From Ilumatobacteraceae bacterium (GTDB lineage: Bacteria; Actinomycetota; Acidimicrobiia; Acidimicrobiales; Ilumatobacteraceae): DNA of 64,000 bases. Positions 32,338 through 41,096 of this stretch are shown one piece after another. Location of the stretch: assembly GCA_963703525.1 (NCBI GenBank), contig CAVPET010000021.1, positions 8,446 through 72,445 of the forward strand. Reading direction: 5' to 3'. Under the pieces are notes generated by a model that saw only the letters and a program-made list of their open reading frames with translations, made no database searches and was not told where the DNA came from. A program made the translations under genes and the position numbers. Positions within the stretch are counted from its first letter, which is position 1. The number at the start of each line of letters is the position of its first letter.

Positions 32338-32458
32338 CGCGAGCGGGAATGGCCCGAACGCTCGGAACGACTCGGACCATGCTGTGACGCGCGTCACGAG
32401 CTGGTTCGTCAGACATTCGCAACACATTCGTCATATTCGCTAGGATCACCGACGTTCT

Positions 32459-33613
32459 ATGAGACTGTTCCTTCGCGTACTCCCGGTCGCGCTCGCGGCC
32501 GTCCTCCTGGTGCCCGCGATGACTGTGTCCGCGCAGAGCGTCGATGGCCAGCGCCAGAAGGTCGAAGACATCGTCAATCGGCTCGAGCGGCTCGAGGAGC
32601 AGTCGAACAAGATCGCCGAGAATTACGTCGAAGCGGTCGACACCAAGACCCAACTCGATGCCGAGATCGTCGACGCCGAGGGTCGCCTGGCAGTGAAGGA
32701 AGCAGAGATCGCCGAACTCCGGGGCAACCTGGGTCAGATGGCGCTGCGCTCGTTCGTGGGCGGAGGCGCCGCGCCGCTGGGCCCGCTGTTCGAGGACTCG
32801 ACCAACCTCAACGACGCGTTGCAGCGCGACGCTCTGGCGGGTATCGCGTTGAGCGCCGGCGACGTGACCGCCGACGAGCTGACCGCGCTCGTGTCCGACC
32901 TGGACGACGAACGGGCCGGCCTGGCGTCGAAGCGCGACCAGGCCGAACAACTCGCCGAAACCCTCGTCGCCGAGCAGGCCAAGACCGAGTCGCTCACGTC
33001 GGAGTACGAGCGCGCCCGCGCCGACGCCGAGGCCAAGTTGGGCGACCTGATCGCTCAGGAAGAGGCCCGACGAGCCGCTGCGTCCGCCCGTCAGATCCAA
33101 CAGCAGGTCGGCCAGGCGACCGCCGGCCATGGCAACGACGCCGTCAACGGCGGTGGCGGTGGCGATCAGGGCGGCGATGGCGGTGGCGATCAGGGCGGCG
33201 GGAATTCCACCGGCCCGGCAGCATCGGGTGGAGGCTCGGGTTTCGCGGCGCCCGCCGTCTCCTCGCGTGCCGGTATCGCCGTGTCGGCGGCGCTCGCTCA
33301 GCAGGGTGTCGCCTACAAGTACGCCACATCGGATCCCGGGGTGTCGTTCGACTGCTCCGGCCTCACGGGCTATGCGTGGGCTCAGGCGGGCGTGTACCTC
33401 CCGCACCAGTCACGCCAGCAGTTCGCAACGGTACCGCACGTTTCGGCGAGCGAAGCTCAGCCCGGTGACCTGCTGTTCTATTACAGCCCGATCAGCCACG
33501 TCGGCATCTACCTCGGCGGTGGCCAATTGGTGCACGCGCCCAACACCGGCACGTCGGTGAAGGTGTCGGCGGTCAACTGGAGCAAGGTCACCGGCGTCGG
33601 CCGGCCCGGCTGA
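32459..33613 (+). CDS. Secreted NlpC/P60 peptidoglycan endopeptidase with a coiled-coil N-terminal domain (RipA-like architecture)
   Basis: ORF 32459..33613. Signal peptide. Long heptad-like region. Gly-rich linker. C-terminal 'FDCSGLTGYAWAQAG...ISHVGIYLGGGQLVHAP' (Cys-His catalytic pair). Confidence 0.85.
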   Translation: MRLFLRVLPVALAAVLLVPAMTVSAQSVDGQRQKVEDIVNRLERLEEQSNKIAENYVEAVDTKTQLDAEIVDAEGRLAVKEAEIAELRGNLGQMALRSFVGGGAAPLGPLFEDSTNLNDALQRDALAGIALSAGDVTADELTALVSDLDDERAGLASKRDQAEQLAETLVAEQAKTESLTSEYERARADAEAKLGDLIAQEEARRAAASARQIQQQVGQATAGHGNDAVNGGGGGDQGGDGGGDQGGGNSTGPAASGGGSGFAAPAVSSRAGIAVSAALAQQGVAYKYATSDPGVSFDCSGLTGYAWAQAGVYLPHQSRQQFATVPHVSASEAQPGDLLFYYSPISHVGIYLGGGQLVHAPNTGTSVKVSAVNWSKVTGVGRPG

Positions 33614-33619
33614 TCGTGT

Positions 33620-33847
33620 GATGAGTTCTCGCGCGGGCAGGTCGCGCTCGGACTCATCGCAGAATCGCGGGTGGCGTCGTCGATGAGTTCCGGCGTGGGC
33701 AGGTCGCGCTCGGACTCATCGCAGAATCGCGGGTGGCGTCGTCGATGAGTTCCGGCGTGGGCAGGTCGCGCTCGGACTCATCGCAGAATCGCGGGTGGCG
33801 TCGTCGATGAGTTCTGGCGCGGGCAGGTCGCGCTCGGACTCATCGCA
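33620..33847 (+). repeat. Tandem array (3.7 copies, period 62 nt) of the REP-like element GATGAGTTC-N11-GGTCGCG-N3-GGACTCATCGCA
   Basis: Unit starts at 33620, 33682, 33744 and 33806. The central two units are identical. Begins 7 nt after the NlpC/P60 stop. Confidence 0.9.
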
Positions 33848-34034
33848 GGTGGCTGGTGGATGCTCCTCGATCGTTATGCTCTGCGAACCGGACGTGATCT
33901 GTCGAAGGTGTGTACGCCCGGTTCCTGCACGGGGCGATGGGCGACCAGCAGATGGAGGAACGGTCGCTCGCAGGGTTCAGAACGGGCACGGAGCAATTGG
34001 CCGAATCGGCCCTCGACGCAATGAGGAGACTCAC

Positions 34035-34814
34035 ATGACCGACGCGACGGCGCACATCTCGAACGACATCTCGAACGACATCTTGCAAGGCTGGGAGCTC
34101 GATTCGTTCACAGCGGCCGGGATGACGTACCCGACCTACCGTCGTGGCAGCGGACCGGGCGTCGTGGTGATCCACGAGATCCCGGGCATCACACCGCTCG
34201 TCACCAGATTCGCGAACGAGGTGGTCGACGCCGGGTTCACGGTGATCATGCCCTCGCTGCTCGGCACCCCCGGCAAGGCCCCGAGTGGTGGCTACCTGGC
34301 GTCGTCGATGATCAAGATGTGCGTCGCCAAGGAGTTCACGGCGTTCGCTCTCAATCAGACCTCGCCGATCATCTCGTGGCTCCGTGCGCTGGCGCGTAAG
34401 CTGCACGCCGACGTCGGAGGCCCGGGTGTCGGCGCCGTCGGAATGTGTTTCTCCGGCGGATTCGCGCTCGGGATGATGGTCGACGACATCATGCTGGCGC
34501 CGGTGCTGTCGCAACCGGCCATGCCGCTGGCGTTGGGGAAGGCCCGCGCCGCCGACCTGAACCTGTCACCCGATGATGTGGCTGCCGTGGTCGAACGGGC
34601 AGCGCAGGGCTGTCAGGTGCTCGGCCTGCGATTCACCGAAGACCGAGCGGTCGGCGAGCGCTTCAGCACCCTGCGTCACCTGCTCGGCGACGCGTTCATC
34701 GCGATCGAGCTGCCGAGCGCGAAGAGGTGGGACCACTCGGTGCTCACCGAACAGCGCGACGACGAGAGCGCGCAACGAGTGATCGAGTTCTTCCAGGACA
34801 AGCTCCAGGTGTGA
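34035..34814 (+). CDS. Dienelactone hydrolase family protein
   Basis: ATG 34035 (AGGAGA upstream) in the frame of ORF 33795..34814. 'GVVVIHEIPGITP', nucleophile-elbow-like 'GMCFSGGFAL'. The N-terminus carries a 12-bp duplication (ISNDISNDI). Confidence 0.7.
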   Translation: MTDATAHISNDISNDILQGWELDSFTAAGMTYPTYRRGSGPGVVVIHEIPGITPLVTRFANEVVDAGFTVIMPSLLGTPGKAPSGGYLASSMIKMCVAKEFTAFALNQTSPIISWLRALARKLHADVGGPGVGAVGMCFSGGFALGMMVDDIMLAPVLSQPAMPLALGKARAADLNLSPDDVAAVVERAAQGCQVLGLRFTEDRAVGERFSTLRHLLGDAFIAIELPSAKRWDHSVLTEQRDDESAQRVIEFFQDKLQV

Positions 34815-34856
34815 CCGAGTGAAGTCGGCAGGACTGTCGAAAGTACTGTTCCCGTC

Positions 34857-37013
34857 ATGTCGATTGCCATCACCGAAGACCACCGCGCGCTCGCCGCAAC
34901 CGTGTCGGCCTTTCTCGCCAAGCACGGGTCACGCGCTGGCGCCAGGGCCCTCCTGGAGGCCGAATCAGAGACCAATCCCGAGTTCTTCCGCGAGGTTGCG
35001 GCCCTCGGCTGGCTCGGTTTGCACGTGCCGGAGGAGTTCGGCGGGTCGGGCTACGGGCTCGAGGAGTTGGTCGTCGTCGTCGAGGAGTTCGGGCGGGCCG
35101 TCGCACCGGGGGCCTTCGTGCCCACGGTCGTCGCCGGTGCCGTACTCGTCGCCGCCGGAACCGACGAGGCCAGGCAACGGTGGCTGCCCGGTCTCACCGG
35201 CGGTGCCTTGTGCGGCGCCGTCGGCATCGGCGGGAGCGCCGAGCTGCGCGGCGGCGCCCTCCACGGCTCCGGCGGGATCGTGATCGGCGCCGCGCTCGCC
35301 GACGTGCTCCTCGTTCCGGTCGGCGACGACGTCGCCGTCGTCGACGTGTCGGCAGGCGGAGTGTCGGTCGAATCGCCGCCCAACCTCGACCCGACACGCC
35401 GGGCAGGACGCGTCGACTTCGATGGCGCTCCCGCGACCGTCCTCGCCGGCGCGCGTCAGTCGTTGCTCGATCTGACGCGGACCATCTACTCCGCCGAGGC
35501 GACCGGGGTCGCGGCGGAATGCACCGAGCAGGCCGCCGAGTACGCCAAGGTGCGTGAGCAGTTCGGCCGCCCGATTGCGATGTTCCAGGCGGTGAAGCAT
35601 CACTGCGCCAACATGCTCGTGGCAACGGAGTTGTCCACTGCTGCCGTGTGGGATGCCGCGCGCGCGGCGAACGCCGGCGGCGACCAGTTCTCCTACGCCG
35701 CGGCGATCGCCGCGTCCCTGGCGCTTCCCGCGGCAGACCTGTGCGCGCAGCTCAACATCCAGGTACACGGTGGCATCGGATTCACCTGGGAGCACGACGC
35801 CCACATCTACCTGCGGCGCGCGTCCGCGATCGAAGCGGTGCTCGACCCCGAGGCTGCCGCCACGGCAACGACCGACCTCACGAGGTCCGGCGCCCGCCGC
35901 GAACGCTCGGTCGATCTCCCACCCGAAGCCGAAGCGATCCGCGACGAGGTGCGGGTGTTCGTCGCCGAGGTGAAGGACCTCGACGAGGTCGCCCTTCGCG
36001 AGCGGTTGATCGAATCCGGCTACGTCATGCCGCACTGGCCTCGGCCGTGGGGCCGCGGCGCGGGCGCCGTCGAGCAGCTCGTCATCGAGCAGGAGTTCTC
36101 CGCGGCGAAGATCAGGCGCCCGGAGTACGGCATCACCGGCTGGGTCATCCTGACGCTCATCCAGCATGCGACCGACGACCAGGTCGCGCGTTGGGTTCGA
36201 TCGGCGCTCAACCAGGAGCTCATCTGGTGCCAGCTGTTCAGCGAGCCCGACGCCGGCTCCGATGCCGCAGGTGTCAAGACCCGTGCGACCCGGGTCGACG
36301 GCGGCTGGCTGGTGAACGGTCAGAAGGTCTGGACCAGCGGCGCCCACCTCGCCAAGCGTGGTCTGGCAACGGTCCGCACCGATCCCGAGGCGCCCAAGCA
36401 CAATGGCATCACGACGATGGTCATCGAGATGGAGTCCGCAGGCGTCGAGGTGCGCCCGTTGAGGATGATCACCGGTCATTCGGAGTTCAACGAGGTGTTC
36501 TTCAACGACGTATTCGTACCCGACGACGATGTCGTCGGGCCGGTCGATGGCGGTTGGACCGTCGCACGGGCGACGCTCGGCAACGAGAGTGTGAGCATCG
36601 GCGGCGGGTCGAGCGCGATGACGATGCCGGGCGACGCCTTGATCTCCGGCTTCGACGCCCACCCCGAGCGGGTGTCGGGCGGCGCGGGCCGGATCGGCCG
36701 GTACATCGCCACGCATCAGATGATGGCGGTGCTGAACATGCGCAGCGCACACCGGGCCGTCGCCGGTGGTGGTCCTGGCCCCGAGGGCAACGTGACCAAG
36801 CTCGTGCTGTCGGAACTCGGTCACGACGCGGCGGCGATCATGGCCGAGGAGACGGGCCCCGACACTGCCTTCATGGACGGAGCAGGCGCGACATCCGGGC
36901 TCCTGCTGTTGATGCATCGGGCGATGTCGATCGCCGGTGGCACCTCGGAGATCAAGCGCAACCAGATCGGCGAACGCATCCTCGGGCTGCCGCGCGATCC
37001 GCTGATCAACTGA
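34857..37013 (+). CDS. Fused two-module acyl-CoA dehydrogenase (about 718 aa)
   Basis: ORF 34857..37013. Two consecutive ACAD-like modules ('...GWLGLHVPEEFGGSG...', '...QKVWTSGAHLA...', '...IAGGTSEIKRNQIGERILGLP'). Confidence 0.8.
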   Translation: MSIAITEDHRALAATVSAFLAKHGSRAGARALLEAESETNPEFFREVAALGWLGLHVPEEFGGSGYGLEELVVVVEEFGRAVAPGAFVPTVVAGAVLVAAGTDEARQRWLPGLTGGALCGAVGIGGSAELRGGALHGSGGIVIGAALADVLLVPVGDDVAVVDVSAGGVSVESPPNLDPTRRAGRVDFDGAPATVLAGARQSLLDLTRTIYSAEATGVAAECTEQAAEYAKVREQFGRPIAMFQAVKHHCANMLVATELSTAAVWDAARAANAGGDQFSYAAAIAASLALPAADLCAQLNIQVHGGIGFTWEHDAHIYLRRASAIEAVLDPEAAATATTDLTRSGARRERSVDLPPEAEAIRDEVRVFVAEVKDLDEVALRERLIESGYVMPHWPRPWGRGAGAVEQLVIEQEFSAAKIRRPEYGITGWVILTLIQHATDDQVARWVRSALNQELIWCQLFSEPDAGSDAAGVKTRATRVDGGWLVNGQKVWTSGAHLAKRGLATVRTDPEAPKHNGITTMVIEMESAGVEVRPLRMITGHSEFNEVFFNDVFVPDDDVVGPVDGGWTVARATLGNESVSIGGGSSAMTMPGDALISGFDAHPERVSGGAGRIGRYIATHQMMAVLNMRSAHRAVAGGGPGPEGNVTKLVLSELGHDAAAIMAEETGPDTAFMDGAGATSGLLLLMHRAMSIAGGTSEIKRNQIGERILGLPRDPLIN

Positions 37014-37095
37014 CACCACGACATCGCCGGGGCGCATCTCGACCGGCACGGGTTCCGATTCGACGAGCCGCGACCGGCGGCTGCGGCTCGATAGG

Positions 37096-37854
37096 TTGCC
37101 GTCTGTGTTCATCTACGGGGTCGTCAACGCCAGCCCTGATTCGTTGGCCGTCGACTCGATCGCGACGACGCCCGACGATGCCGTGAAGCGCGCCGAGTGT
37201 CTGCTGGCCGATGGCGCGGACGCGATCGATCTCGGCGGTCAGGGGTCGACGGACATCGCGGCGGTCGTCGACTGGCGCGACGAATGGTCGCGGCTCGAAC
37301 AGATCGTCCCGGCGCTCGCGGCCTGCGGCGTCGAGCTCTCCATCGACTCCTGGCGACCCGAGGTCGTCCGGCGCGCGCTCGAGGCAGGCGCGACCGTCAT
37401 CAACGCAGCCGACGGGATGCAGACCGAGGAGATGTGGCAGGTCGCTGCCGACTTCGACGTGCCGATCGTCGTGCCGTTCCTCTCCGGCCCGACCCCCCGG
37501 ACCATGGAACCGGTGCGGCAGGACCCGATCGGCGTGATGATCGACTTCTTCGAGTCACGCCTCGCCGACGCCGACCGCTACGGCGCGCGTGATCGCTGCA
37601 TCATCGATCCGGGCACCGGCTTTGCACCGTCGAACTGGCCGTGGGAGGAACGCTTCGTATACCAGAAGCACGTCTACTCCAACCTCGCCCAGTTGCGTCG
37701 CTTCGGACTTCCGTTGTACATCGCGCTTCCGTGGAAGCAGACAGCCCAACACGATGAGCTCCTCGACATCGTCGTCATGCAGCGTCCCGAATTCGGCCGG
37801 GCCCACTACCCCGCGAAGGTCCGCGCCACGCAGCGTAGCCACGGCGTGCTCTGA
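37096..37854 (+). CDS. Divergent dihydropteroate synthase-like (pterin-binding) protein, FolP2-like
   Basis: ORF 37096..37854 (TTG start; GTG 37105 is an alternative). 'GVVNASPDS', 'GADAIDLGGQGS', 'LSIDSW', 'IDPGTGF' align to the DHPS fold, but the canonical FSDGG and ESTRPG motifs are not conserved. Confidence 0.65.
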   Translation: MPSVFIYGVVNASPDSLAVDSIATTPDDAVKRAECLLADGADAIDLGGQGSTDIAAVVDWRDEWSRLEQIVPALAACGVELSIDSWRPEVVRRALEAGATVINAADGMQTEEMWQVAADFDVPIVVPFLSGPTPRTMEPVRQDPIGVMIDFFESRLADADRYGARDRCIIDPGTGFAPSNWPWEERFVYQKHVYSNLAQLRRFGLPLYIALPWKQTAQHDELLDIVVMQRPEFGRAHYPAKVRATQRSHGVL

Positions 37855-37864
37855 GGCCGGATCG

Positions 37865-37929
37865 CGGCTCGGGCACGCGGCTCGGGCACACGGTTCGGGC
37901 ACACGGTTCAGGCGTACGGTTCGTCCGGA
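37865..37929. repeat. 13-bp tandem repeat, about 5 copies (CGGYTCRGGCRYA)
   Basis: Units at 37865, 37878, 37891, 37904 and 37917. Sits between the convergent folP-like and phosphatase genes and runs into the phosphatase 3' end. Confidence 0.85.
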
Positions 37930-38540
37930 TCGGTCACCACCTCACTGCTCTCGAGCAGGTGGATGCGATGACCTGTCGGCCGCAACTCGGCTCCGTCGTG
38001 CTCGAACCACCGTGCCTCGAGGTTGGCGATCCGGCGCCACGGATCGCCGAAGCGGCGCTCGAGGGCGTTGATCACTCCACCGTGTGACACGACGAGGATG
38101 TTGCTGCCTCGGTGCCCCTCGGCGAGTTCGCCGAGCGCCTTGCCGGCACGGGCCACGATCGACTCGTCGGACTCGTAACCAACGGGTCGGCGGCGCCCGG
38201 CGAGCCATTTCGGATACCGCTCCTCGATCTCGGACCGCGTCAGACCCTCCCAGGGCCCGGCGGCGCGTTCGACCAGGCCGCTGACGGTGCTCGTCATCCG
38301 GATCGAGCAGTGTTCGGCGAGCAGCTCCCCCGTGCGACGCGCACGCTGGAGTGTCGAGGTCACGACGGTCGCGAACGGACCGCGCGCGGTCAGTTCAGCG
38401 GCTGCGCTGAGTGCCTGCTGCTCGCCATGTGATGACAGGGGCGGGTCGGCTTGCCCTTGCCACCGCCCCGCGGCATTCCAGGTCGATTCGCCATGGCGCG
38501 CGATCAGGAATCTCGTTGTCGTCATGGTGTTTGTCGTCAT
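37908..38540 (-). CDS. Histidine phosphatase (phosphoglycerate-mutase-like) family protein. Candidate glucosyl-3-phosphoglycerate phosphatase by context.
   Basis: ORF 37908..38540. 'RFLIARHGESTWNAAGRWQG' RHG motif; 'VVSHGGV'. Lies immediately downstream of the gpgS-like gene. Confidence 0.7.
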   Translation of the reverse strand: MTTNTMTTTRFLIARHGESTWNAAGRWQGQADPPLSSHGEQQALSAAAELTARGPFATVVTSTLQRARRTGELLAEHCSIRMTSTVSGLVERAAGPWEGLTRSEIEERYPKWLAGRRRPVGYESDESIVARAGKALGELAEGHRGSNILVVSHGGVINALERRFGDPWRRIANLEARWFEHDGAELRPTGHRIHLLESSEVVTDPDEPYA

Positions 38541-38559
38541 GGTGTCAGGCGAGATGGTG

Positions 38560-39444
38560 TCAGGCGCCGGCGCCGAGGTCTGCCACGGCCGGACGAGTGT
38601 GGAGGTTCAGCGGCACCTCGGAACCGTCGGCGCGGCGTAGCACGAGGTCGTCGACATCGTGCGGTGTGTCGACGCCGGCGCGCTTCAGCATCGTTGCCAT
38701 CACCTCGGCTGCCTGCACCGACAGCGACTGCAGGGAGCGGCTCCGGTGTTCCTTCGTTCCGAGGTCGACCTGAGAGATCGAGTCCGGCCCGCACAGCGCA
38801 CAGACGTCGATCAGCATCGCGATCTCCACACCCCAACCCTGGACGAACACAATTCGTTCCAGCACCGTTCGCCGCCCCGCGTATTCGCCTGACAGCGGCT
38901 GAGCGAGGCCGGTCAGTTCGGGGAAGTACAGCGACATCAGTGGCCGCGCGACGAGTTCGGTGGTCCGTCCCCCTCCGCCATACCGTGTCGGGCGGTGGTA
39001 GAGCGCCTTGACGAGCGACACCGACGGGTCGTCAAGGAGGGGTGAGAGCAGCCGGATCGCCCACTCCGGCTCGAAGTTCGTGATGTCGCCATCGCACCAC
39101 ACGATGAGATCACCGTGGCTGACCAGCAATGTCGCCCACAGCGCGTTCCCCTTGCCGTGCCCCTCGCCGTGAGCCGCGTGCACGTCTTCGATCGAGACCA
39201 CTCGCGCCCCGGCATGAGCGGCCACACGCGCTGTGTCGTCCGTGCTGCGGTCGTCGAGCACGATCAGTTCGTCGACGACGCCGATTCGTCCCATCAACTC
39301 CGAGCGGATCACGCTGACCAGGGGCCCGATCGTAGCGGCCTCGTCGCGACAGGGAATGCACATCGACACCGTCTGCTCGCCCTTGGCAGCCAAGACGCGT
39401 TCGGCCGTGTAGTCGTCGACCTCGAAAGTTCGGACACCGGCCAT
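38560..39444 (-). CDS. gpgS: GT2/GT81-type glycosyltransferase, glucosyl-3-phosphoglycerate synthase-like
   Basis: Frame of ORF 38560..39519, start taken at ATG 39444 (MAGVRTFEVDDY...) to avoid overlapping folBK. 'VSMCIPCRDEAATIGP', 'LDDRSTDDT', 'WCDGDI', 'GRTTELVARPL', 'PLSGEYA'. Adjacent to a folP2-like gene, as I recall for mycobacteria. Confidence 0.65.
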   Translation of the reverse strand: MAGVRTFEVDDYTAERVLAAKGEQTVSMCIPCRDEAATIGPLVSVIRSELMGRIGVVDELIVLDDRSTDDTARVAAHAGARVVSIEDVHAAHGEGHGKGNALWATLLVSHGDLIVWCDGDITNFEPEWAIRLLSPLLDDPSVSLVKALYHRPTRYGGGGRTTELVARPLMSLYFPELTGLAQPLSGEYAGRRTVLERIVFVQGWGVEIAMLIDVCALCGPDSISQVDLGTKEHRSRSLQSLSVQAAEVMATMLKRAGVDTPHDVDDLVLRRADGSEVPLNLHTRPAVADLGAGA

Positions 39445-39446
39445 GG

Positions 39447-40295
39447 TCAGCCGAGGTCGAGCGCGCCACGGGGGTGGATCCCCGCTGGGTCGAGCCGCTC
39501 GTCCCAGCCGGGTGGACAACGCTCGGGTGCGATCTCCGACAGTGGCTGGAGCACGAATCGCCGTTCCGCGAAGCGTGGATGGGGGATGACGAGTTCAGCC
39601 GTGTCGACCGTGACGTCGTCGTACACGATGATGTCGACGTCGAGGGTGCGCGGACCCCAGTGGACGACGCGTTGACGCATCGCCTCGGCCTCGATGCGTT
39701 GGCATCGACGCAACAGCGCGAACGGATCGAGTGACGTCTCGATCTCGACGACCATGTTCAGGTAAGCGCCCTGGTCCTCGGGCCCACCGACCGGTTCGGT
39801 CTCGAAGACCTGTGACATCGCGACGACCTCGCCGAGACCGTGGACACCGGCGCGCAGGAACCCTTCACGGTCGCCGAGGTTGGACCCGAGCGCGATGAAG
39901 GCCCGGTGCGAGGATCGTGCGGTCAGCGCGCTGGTCGATCGCGTCCGGCGGATGCGAACGGCGGTCGACGCGGCATCGACGGCGATGGGCGGACGGAGCT
40001 TCGTCAGCGTCACGGACACCGCCTCGACACGCTCGAACGTGAGCACCTCATCGGCGATCCTCGCTGCGAGTCGCTCCAGCAGGATGTCCTTGGATTCGGT
40101 GACCAGCGCGACGACCTGATCGGCGACCAGTCCGTAGTGAACGGTGTCGTCGAGTTCGTCGGATCGTCCGGCGTCGAGGAGATCGACATCGAGCGTCAGA
40201 TCGATCTGGAGCGGCTGGGCGATCTCGCGCTCGTGCGGCAGCGCGCCGACGATCGCAACGGCGCGCAGCGCGGAGATCTCGATCTGATCAGTCAT
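39447..40295 (-). CDS. folBK: Bifunctional dihydroneopterin aldolase / 6-hydroxymethyl-dihydropterin pyrophosphokinase fusion
   Basis: ORF 39447..40295. The N-terminal ~120 aa is FolB-like (IEISALRAVAIVGALPHERE...VHYGLV). The C-terminal part is HPPK ('AFIALGSNLGDR', 'RVVHWGPRTLDVDII', 'IPHPRFAERRFVL'). Confidence 0.85.
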   Translation of the reverse strand: MTDQIEISALRAVAIVGALPHEREIAQPLQIDLTLDVDLLDAGRSDELDDTVHYGLVADQVVALVTESKDILLERLAARIADEVLTFERVEAVSVTLTKLRPPIAVDAASTAVRIRRTRSTSALTARSSHRAFIALGSNLGDREGFLRAGVHGLGEVVAMSQVFETEPVGGPEDQGAYLNMVVEIETSLDPFALLRRCQRIEAEAMRQRVVHWGPRTLDVDIIVYDDVTVDTAELVIPHPRFAERRFVLQPLSEIAPERCPPGWDERLDPAGIHPRGALDLG

Positions 40296-40420
40296 GGTTC
40301 TCTGCTCGCCCGAAGCAAGAACCTAACCGCCATCTTCGGCGGCCACGCATTCGAGCCCCCGGACCGGGGGCAACACCGGGGTGACGGCTATCCGGGGTGA
40401 CGGCTATCCGACGGGGGCGG

Positions 40421-40840
40421 CTATCCGACGGGGGCGGTGGCCGTCTCGAGTCCCGGGGCTGTGGCCGCCTCGAGGTTGTTCGTCTTGGGGCATCGGACCC
40501 GCATCCCCAGGCCGCAACGCGGGCAGGTCCATTCGTCCGCGTCGTGGCGCCACAGGGTGGTGCCACACTCGGGGCATCGCTGCTGCCACACGGCACACTC
40601 GATGTCGGCCAGCCGCCGTGAGGTCAGTGGGCATCCCCGTCCCCGGCACACCGCCCAGGCCGGGTCGCTCACGATCGCCACGACCGGGCACTTGCCAACG
40701 CAGAGCGTGCAGTCGTCACATAGGTACGGGTCGATGGTGAAGACTCCGAGGAACGAGTCGGTCTTGGTCAACGCGGTGGTGGGGCACGCGTATTCGCAGG
40801 CCCCACAACCGATGCAATCGTCGGTGACCTTGAAGCTCAC
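40421..40840 (-). CDS. 2x[4Fe-4S] ferredoxin domain fused to a Cys-rich (zinc-ribbon-like) C-terminal domain
   Basis: ORF 40421..40840. 'CIGCGACEYACP' and 'CDDCTLCVGKCP', followed by CRGRGC...CPECG...CPRCG. Confidence 0.75.
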   Translation of the reverse strand: MSFKVTDDCIGCGACEYACPTTALTKTDSFLGVFTIDPYLCDDCTLCVGKCPVVAIVSDPAWAVCRGRGCPLTSRRLADIECAVWQQRCPECGTTLWRHDADEWTCPRCGLGMRVRCPKTNNLEAATAPGLETATAPVG

Positions 40841-40884
40841 CTGTGTCTCCTCATCCCGACGGCTCTCATCCCGACGGCGTTGCT

Positions 40885-41085
40885 TCAGGCCGGCGCAACA
40901 GCGTCATGGGGGTGGAAGTGGCGGAGCTCCCCCAAGCAGTCGTAGTGGACCCACGGGGCCACGTCGACACGGGTAGATGCTGTTCTGAGTTCGTAGCGTT
41001 CGCCTGTCCATTCCCACCAGCCGTAGGGCAGGTCGAGCGCTCGGTCGATCGGCTGGTTGCAATGGGGGCACGTCGGTGCGTCCAT
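40885..41085 (-). CDS. Small Cys/His-containing hypothetical protein (66 aa)
   Basis: ORF 40885..41085. 'CPHCNQP...YDC...HFHPH'. Tightly packed in the operon, 11 nt after the upstream stop. Confidence 0.5.
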   Translation of the reverse strand: MDAPTCPHCNQPIDRALDLPYGWWEWTGERYELRTASTRVDVAPWVHYDCLGELRHFHPHDAVAPA

Positions 41086-41096
41086 GATTCTCCCTT

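Noticed and set aside
32338-32458. Cyclic-di-AMP (ydaO-type) riboswitch upstream of the NlpC/P60 hydrolase gene, as is common in Actinobacteria
   Set aside because: The 121-nt spacer is short for that RNA. I could not find the conserved ACGGGG / CCGAAUCC-type boxes or the pseudo-two-fold architecture. Only a covariance-model scan could settle it fully.
33620-33847. Possible CRISPR array (regularly spaced ~40-nt palindromic repeats)
   Set aside because: The segments between the palindromes are identical from unit to unit, so the whole 62-nt unit repeats and there are no unique spacers. There are only ~4 units and no cas genes in the window. It is a tandem REP-like array.
33848-34034. Riboswitch or structured leader in the 190-nt region before the dienelactone hydrolase gene (GTTCCT...AGGAAC and GGCCgaatcGGCC stems)
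   Set aside because: The stems are short, and I could not match the sequence to any riboswitch consensus I know (fluoride, ZTP, guanidine, c-di-GMP). It is left unannotated.
34965-37112. Very long antisense ORFs: 715 aa here, plus 54165-56204 (679 aa), 12546-13919, 13517-14896, 15950-17332, 22149-23333, 27367-28527, 31117-32427, 41247-42674 and 58881-60308
   Set aside because: Each lies opposite, or in an alternative frame of, a gene with a clear family assignment. Their translations are Arg/Gly/Asp/His-rich low-complexity strings typical of stop-poor frames in high-GC DNA. None shows recognisable motifs.
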